From positions 1 through 64,000 of IMG/VR virus record IMGVR_UViG_3300016471_000988: a stretch of DNA of 64,000 bases; one strand, written 5' to 3'. The position numbers and the translations under genes are program-made. Positions 9,392-17,596 of the stretch are shown piece after piece. The first letter of the stretch is position 1. Each line of letters opens with the position of its first letter. Under the pieces are notes generated by a model. It was given only the letters and a program-made list of their open reading frames with translations. It was not told the DNA's origin and searched no databases. The DNA comes from a virus.

Positions 9392-9474
9392 AATAAGTGT
9401 TATTTCTCCTTGTTTTATTTCGACCTGCAGAATATATCTGCAATATTATTCAGGCTTAAGCCTCGACACCAAAA
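9392..9474 (-). promoter_or_regulatory. structured gp22-gp23 intergenic leader with SD AAGGAG
   Basis: Palindrome AGGCTTAAGCCT (9452-9463), hairpin TGCAGA-N5-TCTGCA (9426-9442), SD at 9406-9411. Confidence 0.55.
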
Positions 9475-10344
9475 TTAGTATTTGGATAGTTCTTTAAGGT
9501 AAGGAGACATCACAACATCATCAGAAGGCTGTACACTCTCTTCAACGACTGGGCGATCGACGTGTGTAGCAGCTGTTTCTGTTACTGCCTCTTCCTTAAT
9601 ATTTTGAAGCCGCTCTTTTTCTGTTTTATCAAACAGGCTTAGCGCATAATCAACATTTTCAGTAATAAATTGAGCAGACTTGCTCTTCATTACCTTGTTG
9701 ATGTAGTCCTTCTTGCGAGGCGTCAGGCCGGCCGTCTTCTTTTCTAAAGTAAGTTCGGCATCCTTAACCGCAAGTTGAGACTTATACTGCGCTAATTCTT
9801 TAGTAGCAGCTTCAAGCTTCTGAGAAGCTTCTTCAATTTGACGCTTTCCGTCTTGTACGGCTTCGCGAATACTTTCTTTCGCTAGGGCAGCATCAACGCC
9901 CAAAATACTACGAAGTTGATCCAGAACTTCTAAAGCCTTACGATTCTTAACAGCATCCTTGACTTCTTCAGCAGGTATAGCCTCATCAAGATAAGCCTCT
10001 AGATATGTACTAATATTGTTAATAGTATTGTCCTTAAATTCTTTTGCTTCTTTATTGAGAGCCGCGGCATACTTTTCGACAAGCTTCTTTAGCTTTTCAG
10101 TATGATTAGCATCAATAGCTTCAACAACTTTTTCTAGCTTTTTAGTATGATCAGCATCGATAGCTTCAAGAAGATGCTCTAGCTTCTTGCTATAATCTTC
10201 ATCTTGTTCTGTTAGAGCTTTTGTTACATGTATCTGTACTTTTTCAGAAACAGTAGAATTAAAAGCCTCTTCTATTTCCTTTAAAACTTCCTCTGAGAGG
10301 AGATCTTGTGTTGCTTCCTTTAGAATAGATTTAATATCTTTCAT
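9475..10344 (-). CDS. gp22: prohead core scaffold protein
   Basis: Acidic coiled-coil protein between gp21 and gp23; ISTYLEAYLDE and VDYALSLF-type motifs. Confidence 0.85.
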   Translation of the reverse strand: MKDIKSILKEATQDLLSEEVLKEIEEAFNSTVSEKVQIHVTKALTEQDEDYSKKLEHLLEAIDADHTKKLEKVVEAIDANHTEKLKKLVEKYAAALNKEAKEFKDNTINNISTYLEAYLDEAIPAEEVKDAVKNRKALEVLDQLRSILGVDAALAKESIREAVQDGKRQIEEASQKLEAATKELAQYKSQLAVKDAELTLEKKTAGLTPRKKDYINKVMKSKSAQFITENVDYALSLFDKTEKERLQNIKEEAVTETAATHVDRPVVEESVQPSDDVVMSPYLKELSKY

Positions 10345-10347
10345 AAA

Positions 10348-10680
10348 TTAGAAAAGCTTCACTCCTTTGTTTGCCGCGATGCGACGAGCTAATTTAGTCT
10401 CCATAATTTGCTTTAAATATTTATGGGCCTCGGCATAATTTTTTTCATTAATTGCCTTTAAAAATCTTACAACAAAAGCTTTCTCTTGCATACTTTTATA
10501 TTTATTCTCTTCTTGCTCGAAATTCCCGGCTTTTTTTAGACATTTTTTACAAGGGACCATGTTACCCTCTTCATCTTCATAACATTCCTCGTCCGCACCA
10601 ATAGCAGATTTTGTCTGTAATTTGTCGGCCAAGCTCGGGCTTGCACAAGGGGTGGTGACTTTTACAGCGATAGGTATCAT
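10348..10680 (-). CDS. small prohead core protein (gp67-like C-terminal helix), with a nested start at 10491
   Basis: FLKAINEKNYAEAHKYLKQIMETKLARRI is helical and lies between gp21 and gp22. TAATG coupling at 10680; AATAAATA 7 nt before internal ATG 10491. Confidence 0.55.
   Translation of the reverse strand: MIPIAVKVTTPCASPSLADKLQTKSAIGADEECYEDEEGNMVPCKKCLKKAGNFEQEENKYKSMQEKAFVVRFLKAINEKNYAEAHKYLKQIMETKLARRIAANKGVKLF
10499..10506 (-). promoter_or_regulatory. late promoter AATAAATA, internal to ORF 10348-10680
   Basis: 7 nt before in-frame ATG 10491. Confidence 0.6.
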
Positions 10681-11354
10681 TATAGTACTGTTTTAATTTT
10701 ATTAAAGAACTCTAGTATTTGTTCTTTCAAGTACCCCTCAACATCCTTTTTCGGTAAATTGCGGAGCTTGTCACTAAATGAATCGTAATATTCTTCATAA
10801 TGACCGTCTTGTGTTACTACAAATTGTTTTGATTCTAATATACCATTTACAAAAGCCTTAGGAAAGCTTGGATCAGCTACACAATCAACAGCTACCAATC
10901 TAAATTCTTTAACTTTGTTAATGCCGTTGCCACATTCCTCTAGCTTACCCAAAGCGCGTGAACTCATACCCACTCTTACCCCATCGTTAATTAAACTTCT
11001 AACTATTTGACCCATAGGGGTTGTTAGAACTTTTGATTTACCATAATAAACATTTCCAGAGCGATTGAGCTCTGTTACAAGGTGGCATGCACGCTCAAGA
11101 TTTACCTCTGCCTGTGTGGGGTGATTTAACTCGCCCATCGATCTCTTGCTGTTCACCATTTCAGCGATATAACGATTTACTTCTCTATCCATTTCGTGTG
11201 AGTCATATATTCTTTTGTTTTTATTAACCTCTTCACATTGCATGTAAGGGCCTTTAATATACATGGTACTGGGTTGATTACCGCTCTTTTCTTCAACCAC
11301 GTATTCGTATTGATCTTCAGGCGCTGGTGTCTCGACTAATAAACGTAAAGGCAT
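10680..11354 (-). CDS. gp21: prohead protease
   Basis: YIKGPYMQCEEVNKNKRIY, GELNHP, GKSKVLTTPMGQIV, GMSSRALG, DCVADPS. Confidence 0.97.
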   Translation of the reverse strand: MPLRLLVETPAPEDQYEYVVEEKSGNQPSTMYIKGPYMQCEEVNKNKRIYDSHEMDREVNRYIAEMVNSKRSMGELNHPTQAEVNLERACHLVTELNRSGNVYYGKSKVLTTPMGQIVRSLINDGVRVGMSSRALGKLEECGNGINKVKEFRLVAVDCVADPSFPKAFVNGILESKQFVVTQDGHYEEYYDSFSDKLRNLPKKDVEGYLKEQILEFFNKIKTVL

Positions 11355-11359
11355 ATTAA

Positions 11360-11367
11360 TATTTATA
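11360..11367 (-). promoter_or_regulatory. late promoter TATAAATA
   Basis: 5 nt before gp21 ATG. Confidence 0.8.
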
Positions 11368-11378
11368 CGTTTTTCCGA

Positions 11379-11834
11379 CTATTTTCTTAACTCTTTTTCC
11401 GTTAAAATGGTAAATTCTATACCTCTAGACTTGCACCACTGGCGAGCAGCCTCCCATTTTGCCTGGTTTTGAATATATGTTAATTGTTCATATAATAAAG
11501 CTTTCTTATGTTTGCCAGGTGTCTCAGTTGGCTTTATTGTCTGCTTATAAGGTTTGACTTCAACCAAAAACTTTTTAATACCTTCCGAGGTTTTTAACTT
11601 AATTACTGCGTCAACAATATACCTGTGAATTTTGTGGTCTAAAGGATTTTCATAAGGTATGATAACTGTCTCACTACCCCACTCTATTACATTGGGATTA
11701 GTATCGCACCACCTAAACAATTTTAATTCCCAACTACTCATGTACCTAGGCAAATCATGCCCTTTATATTTTTCAGTATGTATAGGTTTGAAAATACCTT
11801 GAATATATTTTGAATTTTTAAGCTGCAGCTTCAT
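11379..11834 (-). CDS. gp4: head completion protein (TnsA-like endonuclease fold)
   Basis: QGIFKP..EKYKG, SSWE, WCDTNPNVIEWGSE, IPY, HRY..D, VEVKP..QT, NQAKWEAA. Confidence 0.93.
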   Translation of the reverse strand: MKLQLKNSKYIQGIFKPIHTEKYKGHDLPRYMSSWELKLFRWCDTNPNVIEWGSETVIIPYENPLDHKIHRYIVDAVIKLKTSEGIKKFLVEVKPYKQTIKPTETPGKHKKALLYEQLTYIQNQAKWEAARQWCKSRGIEFTILTEKELRK

Positions 11835-12823
11835 TAGCCAACAAAAAATTCTGGTGGTGCTGCATCACCAAACCCTGGAGCACTTTCATATAATTTCTTT
11901 TCAAGAGCTTCTCTTTCATTTATACCGTCTGTTAGTATAGCTGCATTAATTGTTCCGCCACCAAACATAGAAGTGTTTTGGTATTTGCCTCGAATATTGC
12001 CTATAGCAATTTTTGTCAAAGCTAAAGCGTACTGATAAACCCATGGCTCTTTAATTACATCTACCAGAGGTCTCTCCACATAACAAGTAACAATACCATA
12101 GAAATGAGTTGTACGTGGTTCAGGAAACATTTGCATGTATTGTGTACGCGGATCAAATCTGATATCACGGCGCAATGCAAGAACCTTTTCGCGAGTATCG
12201 AGCCAGTTCTTCAAGGTATACCAGCTAATTAAATCAAACCCATAGTTGCCAAGAGAGTAGCTAAAATAGGTTTGTTGTGCTAAGCTTTGTTCAATTGTAA
12301 ATAAGGTATTGACACCGCTAGAGCTTCCTTCCTCAAAATCAATTACATCTGTTACCCGTCTATAATCACCAATTAAATAATCGTAGCTGTTTAGAAGCTC
12401 TATTTCGTTGGGATTGTTCTGGTCAAATACCTGATAAAGATATGGGCTCGTTGGATCGCCAATAACCATTTTACCCACGCTGTATAAATCTTTTATGCCG
12501 TTAGAAACATTTTTAAATTTTGCTCTAAAATTAAAATCTTTTGTTAAGCTAAACAAAACATCTAACCGTAATCCCTTGCCTTCTTCATATAAATCACTAT
12601 CAAACACCAAATATTCTTGAGTATATCCAGCAAATTTTGTAAACATCTCACATGCAATTCCTATAAATTCGTTAAGCTGGTCTGCGTGAACTTCAATATT
12701 AACAAGCGGTGCGCCGAGTGCTCGGCAAATTCGTTGCCCCAGACGATCATACCCGTCAATTTTAGATTGCAGATTGGTACTGTAAAAGGCACTTACAGGT
12801 TCAACATCGCTACATACCATCAT
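11834..12823 (-). CDS. gp13: neck protein
   Basis: RICRALGAPLVNIEVHADQL, WVYQYALALTKIAIGNIRGKY, GGTINAA..DG..E. Confidence 0.9.
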   Translation of the reverse strand: MMVCSDVEPVSAFYSTNLQSKIDGYDRLGQRICRALGAPLVNIEVHADQLNEFIGIACEMFTKFAGYTQEYLVFDSDLYEEGKGLRLDVLFSLTKDFNFRAKFKNVSNGIKDLYSVGKMVIGDPTSPYLYQVFDQNNPNEIELLNSYDYLIGDYRRVTDVIDFEEGSSSGVNTLFTIEQSLAQQTYFSYSLGNYGFDLISWYTLKNWLDTREKVLALRRDIRFDPRTQYMQMFPEPRTTHFYGIVTCYVERPLVDVIKEPWVYQYALALTKIAIGNIRGKYQNTSMFGGGTINAAILTDGINEREALEKKLYESAPGFGDAAPPEFFVG

Positions 12824-12827
12824 ATAT

Positions 12828-12835
12828 TAGTTATG
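12828..12835 (-). promoter_or_regulatory. late promoter variant CATAACTA
   Basis: 4 nt before gp13 ATG. Confidence 0.55.
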
Positions 12836-12836
12836 G

Positions 12837-14993
12837 CTACCTCCCTGGAATCCCTAGTGAAATGTTAAGCCCACCTGCATTCACATAAAGACTCGCAGGT
12901 AAAACAACACCCTGTACAATTATACCTCCACGTGGTATAAGTCGTTCGTTTATATATAATTCTGCAGGGTTAGGGTTAATTGTGATTCCAGTACCAGCAA
13001 AATATGTTACAATTGGATCGCGAATAAAATAATATTGTGTGGGTTTACCAAATAATTTTTGACCATCACATGTAAAACGGATAACCGTTATACTGGTAGC
13101 TGTTAAAGAGACAATTTCACTGCTTATTGGACCAGAAATAATATAATCAACAACAGGGCTTGAACCAATACTCGTGATATAGTTTCCATTAAAATGACTA
13201 AAAGTAGATTGCCACTGACCTGTAACAGGTACAAGATTGCTTTGATTTGCTGTTGACCCAATACCAAGCTGACCAACAGAATTTAACCCTGCAACATATA
13301 GAACTTTTGTATCTGCACTTAACATAGCGGTATGATTTGCCCCACATGTTACGCTGTCCCAGCTTCCGGTTAGCGCGACAAACGTAATACGAGAAATAGT
13401 ATCACCTGTGGCTAGTTGACCGTAAGCATTATCACCAGTTCTAGACCAGTTTTTTGTATTTGCTTCCCGGGCAAAGGTAAAGTTATGCCCACATACCATA
13501 GTATCCCAAAAACCAGAAATTACTTGTGTAAAAATATATCTGTTGTTTACACCTGAGTTTAACCCCAACTGACCGTCTATATTATCACCGGTACCGAACC
13601 ATCTGTTGGTACCTGCGCTCTGTGCCATTGTATGATTACTACCACAAACTATAGCGTCCCAAGTACCTGGTAATTGAGTTAAAAGTTCAGATTGAGATAC
13701 AAAGGCGCCAAGACCTAACTGCCCGAATGTATTATCGCCAGCTCCAAACCAAAAATTTGTATCTGCACTCTTAGCAACCGTATGACTAGTACCGCATTTT
13801 ACAGTGTCCCAAGTACCAGTTATAGGTATAAAGGTATTACTACTAGTAGTATCGCCTGTTCCAAACTGACCTACAGCGTTATTCCCTGCTACATACCACA
13901 ATTTTGTATTTGAACTTAATGCAAATGTAAATCCATCCCCACATACCATTTCATCCCAGTTACCTTCAATAGGTACGAGCTGACCACGAGCAATATTATC
14001 ACCCAACCCTAATTGGCCGCTATTATTATTACCACCACCGTACCATTTCGTGGTAAACGCACTTTTTGCTAGGACGTATGTTGTGCCGCCCACGACCTTC
14101 TCCCATACGCCAGTCAAAACGGTAAAGCTTGAGCTGTTAATAATATCGCCAAAAGCTGTAGTAATATTACCGGCAGCGTAAGAAACTGGTAATCCGTATA
14201 CGACTGTACCGCGCGCGCGTATATCTGTTAGAGAATTGGATCCAAACACGTAATCATTTTCAAAATCTATGGTATGGCTACCAAAACCATCTTGTTGAAT
14301 TATTAGTGTATAGTCGCCGCCTTTGAGTTTGCCGACCGGCGGAATAACATTTTTAAATACTGTATTACCAGTAAGAAAGCAAAAACCAGATTGTGCCGCA
14401 CTAAGATCCCAAAACGCTGAATTCGCTATAAAAGTCACATCAGCACCGGCAAAAATCTTTGTACCTGTACTTTCCTGTGCTGTATGAAGCCGAAGGGTAT
14501 TTGCGAGAAATGGCCAGCTAGAACTTAATGCACTTACAACACTAAAAGTAGAAAAGATATTTGCGCTGTTATTTTGATTTAAAGTAAGATAGGAGCTATA
14601 TCCTAAATTCCAATTATTAGACAGCGGATTTGTTGTTGTGTAGCTTGTAAGATATAAGTTGTACCCACCGCTAAGATTTGAAATATTGTTATGAACCGAA
14701 TACCATTGATAACTATCACTTGTAACAGCCGCAGTAATATTTTCAAAAATACTAGATATAGTTACAGCTGAAGCACCGGAAAATGATGTTATAGGTAAGC
14801 TTGCAAACGTTTGAATGTTAACTACGTTAACCTCTAGTTGAGCTACTACCCATTGTAAGTAGTTAAAAAAGATATCTTTAAAAGGCGAGGAAAACGATGC
14901 AATCGGGTCAGTTGCACTATCTGGATACCCTGGTGAGGAAACAGTATGGTGATTAGACCTATGAAATTTATCGTGAAATAGAAAGTTGCTCAT
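12837..14993 (-). CDS. fibre/spike-like virion protein with RCC1-repeat propeller
   Basis: Six clear RCC1 repeats (G.N..GQLG.G...W..VCG..HT) plus a partial seventh. The N-terminus is paralogous to ORF 14990-15745. Confidence 0.8.
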   Translation of the reverse strand: MSNFLFHDKFHRSNHHTVSSPGYPDSATDPIASFSSPFKDIFFNYLQWVVAQLEVNVVNIQTFASLPITSFSGASAVTISSIFENITAAVTSDSYQWYSVHNNISNLSGGYNLYLTSYTTTNPLSNNWNLGYSSYLTLNQNNSANIFSTFSVVSALSSSWPFLANTLRLHTAQESTGTKIFAGADVTFIANSAFWDLSAAQSGFCFLTGNTVFKNVIPPVGKLKGGDYTLIIQQDGFGSHTIDFENDYVFGSNSLTDIRARGTVVYGLPVSYAAGNITTAFGDIINSSSFTVLTGVWEKVVGGTTYVLAKSAFTTKWYGGGNNNSGQLGLGDNIARGQLVPIEGNWDEMVCGDGFTFALSSNTKLWYVAGNNAVGQFGTGDTTSSNTFIPITGTWDTVKCGTSHTVAKSADTNFWFGAGDNTFGQLGLGAFVSQSELLTQLPGTWDAIVCGSNHTMAQSAGTNRWFGTGDNIDGQLGLNSGVNNRYIFTQVISGFWDTMVCGHNFTFAREANTKNWSRTGDNAYGQLATGDTISRITFVALTGSWDSVTCGANHTAMLSADTKVLYVAGLNSVGQLGIGSTANQSNLVPVTGQWQSTFSHFNGNYITSIGSSPVVDYIISGPISSEIVSLTATSITVIRFTCDGQKLFGKPTQYYFIRDPIVTYFAGTGITINPNPAELYINERLIPRGGIIVQGVVLPASLYVNAGGLNISLGIPGR

Positions 14994-15745
14994 TCAGAGT
15001 AAAAAACTCTATCACCATAAAGCAATAATCCATCAGAAACGAAGGAAATAACCGTTCTTCCCCCTGCTGAAAGGTTGATAACCCCTGTTAAGTCGATTGT
15101 GCCGTTGAATCTGTACGCAGAGTCAAATGCAATATCATGGTTACCACTAACATCTTGCTTTATACTTAAGATGTATGTTCCTCCTTTACGTCTGTTTGTT
15201 GGGTTTAAAAATCTTACATCACCAGTCAATGTGATAAATGTGACTTGATTGTAATCTAAATCCCAGGATACTGTACTTGGAGCAGTTGTAATAGTTAAGT
15301 CTGTACCTGAAAATGTCTTTGATCTTGTATATTGCTGGGCTCTGTTTGTATACATTATGAATGGTGAGTTCCATTCCCCGCTATATGTTCTTACAGTAGT
15401 ATAAACAGAAACGTACAGCCCACTTAAATTAGAATAATTTAAATAACCGCTATACCCAAAATTCCAATTATTGGACAGGGAATTAATTGTTGTATATAAT
15501 GACAGTGTGGGTGCCCAGTTACCAGATAAAGCATTTACAGTATACCAGGTAGACCACCAATCAAAACTATTTGAGGTTATGACTAGATTACCACTCAAAT
15601 CTGGCAAAATAGTATAGAAAGTGCCCATAAAAGGCTCTTCCATAGAGGCAATTGGGTCGAGACCTGCGTCCGGTACGCCTGTACCTGTTAGAGTATGGTG
15701 ACTAGCTCTATGTAGTTTATTGTGAAATGTAAAGGATCCTGCCAT
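14990..15745 (-). CDS. fibre-like virion protein, paralog of 12837-14993 without RCC1
   Basis: FHNKLHRASHHT..GVPDAGLDPIAS; W.S.YTTV..LS..W repeats; C-terminal WDL..QVTFITLTGD..NPTN..GGTYIL.IKQD domain. Confidence 0.7.
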   Translation of the reverse strand: MAGSFTFHNKLHRASHHTLTGTGVPDAGLDPIASMEEPFMGTFYTILPDLSGNLVITSNSFDWWSTWYTVNALSGNWAPTLSLYTTINSLSNNWNFGYSGYLNYSNLSGLYVSVYTTVRTYSGEWNSPFIMYTNRAQQYTRSKTFSGTDLTITTAPSTVSWDLDYNQVTFITLTGDVRFLNPTNRRKGGTYILSIKQDVSGNHDIAFDSAYRFNGTIDLTGVINLSAGGRTVISFVSDGLLLYGDRVFYSE

Positions 15746-15796
15746 ATTATTGACCTATATAATAGTTATTCATTTTTTGACTGTTGATCACGGTCT

Positions 15797-17596
15797 TCAT
15801 AGATTATTAGCAGTATAAAAGTCTAGATTGTTTAAGAAGCCCTTTATTGCCGCGCCTTTAAAGTCTACTTCTGGTACTTCTAGTACCATAAACGGTACAA
15901 ACACATTTTCTTGCATTGCTACTGTATAATCCTGAGAAACCGGAACTCTCGGTTCAAATTCAAACGGATCATACTGATAATCTGTGGTATTTCTAGGTGT
16001 TAAGTCAATCAACACTGGCTTATTACTGATAATTTGTGTCAAAATAGTGCTTTGATAGTCAAATAGTAACTTAAACGCACGGTTTATGGTCTCAGCTTGG
16101 AAATTTTCATTGATATACACATTACTAAACGTATTTGTATCTAAAACAGTGTTAGTATTAAAGAAATTATTGTACCCTCTGTACAAATATACGGGTGTTC
16201 CAACAGAGTTTTCACCAGCATAAAACCTATAACCAACATTGCCTATAAGAACACCTAAATTATACAGCAATTTGCGAAAACTTTTGTTATAAACCCAAGA
16301 GGTATTATATTCAAACGGATTAATCTTTACATCATCTTTAGAATAGATCGATAATTCGTCATTTGATTTCAAAAGAGATATTAACCCTAAGTTATCCCAG
16401 TATACTGCCGCATAATTTAATGAATCGTCCGGTGATAATGCAGAAATATAGAGAACATCTGCGTTTCCCTTGTTAGAAATTGCTAGCCATTTAAAATTAT
16501 CATTGTTAAACACGGTTGAATCTAACACACCAATGTTTTTTTGAGGTTTTGTAATCCATTTTTTAATCAATTGCTTTTGTGATAACATGTAAAAAATATC
16601 CGGATCGTATTTTGCAAATTTTATGTCTATAAATTTGTCACTACTCTCCAATAAATCTACAAAATTATAGCTTTTTGCTGAAATAATATCGTAAGTTGTA
16701 GTTAGATCAAACAATACCAATTCCTTATCACCACATACATATAGTTTGTGATCCCTTTCACTATATGTCATCGCATTTATAGAAGAAATTTTATTAAAAA
16801 ATGTATTTGCAGGCGACGTATTTACCCAGTTTAATTCTTTGTCATAGATTTTAAAGCATTTATTACCAGCGTCTTCTACTACTAATACATCTCTTGCAAG
16901 TGTAATTTTACCAATACCGTTAAACTTAAGCTTATCTTTACTAGTTCCTCTGCCACCAATAAAATTATTTAAAAATAAAAATCGGGATTTTATATAATCA
17001 TTGCTTATCGCATCTTTTAAATTGTAGCTAAACAAACTATTGTATTTTCTATCGCTAACATAAAGTATTTGATTACTGTAAGTTGCTAACCCGGCTATTT
17101 CTTGAAAGGTAAATGAACCGGAAAGTGGATCTATATATGTTTGTTCATGGAGTTTGACAGGATTATAACAATCAAACGTTCCGTACACCACTATATAATC
17201 GTTAGATGCGTACGCAAATGTACTAAAAAATTCAGATGTGGGAGGATCGAATGCTATAGCCTGTTGGCTTCTGGCAAACGTTGATGAAAGGACTGATTGT
17301 GCAAATTGTGTGCTGTAGTTTATATCGTAGTATTGTAAGTCTTGCTCGCCAAATGCATATCCTATCCAGCCTTCATATTTTCTTGGAATATTAAAATCTG
17401 CAACAAAGCAAAGCCCGTAAAGATAAATTAGATTATCATATAATTTTTCAATTTTCCTATTAAATGTTTTTGCAACTGCTAGTTCATTAGGCTGTATTTT
17501 TATAGATTCAAAATTATAAGGCAGCGCAAAACTATCTGATACCATTCTATCATAGTTTAAGTTAGCTTTTTGAAACTCTGTATCAAATGTCGTCAT
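15797..17596 (-). CDS. virion structural protein with NHL-like beta-propeller segment
   Basis: ILYVSDRKYNSLF, GGRGTSKDKLKFNGI, VLVVEDAGNKCFKIYD. Confidence 0.55.
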   Translation of the reverse strand: MTTFDTEFQKANLNYDRMVSDSFALPYNFESIKIQPNELAVAKTFNRKIEKLYDNLIYLYGLCFVADFNIPRKYEGWIGYAFGEQDLQYYDINYSTQFAQSVLSSTFARSQQAIAFDPPTSEFFSTFAYASNDYIVVYGTFDCYNPVKLHEQTYIDPLSGSFTFQEIAGLATYSNQILYVSDRKYNSLFSYNLKDAISNDYIKSRFLFLNNFIGGRGTSKDKLKFNGIGKITLARDVLVVEDAGNKCFKIYDKELNWVNTSPANTFFNKISSINAMTYSERDHKLYVCGDKELVLFDLTTTYDIISAKSYNFVDLLESSDKFIDIKFAKYDPDIFYMLSQKQLIKKWITKPQKNIGVLDSTVFNNDNFKWLAISNKGNADVLYISALSPDDSLNYAAVYWDNLGLISLLKSNDELSIYSKDDVKINPFEYNTSWVYNKSFRKLLYNLGVLIGNVGYRFYAGENSVGTPVYLYRGYNNFFNTNTVLDTNTFSNVYINENFQAETINRAFKLLFDYQSTILTQIISNKPVLIDLTPRNTTDYQYDPFEFEPRVPVSQDYTVAMQENVFVPFMVLEVPEVDFKGAAIKGFLNNLDFYTANNL

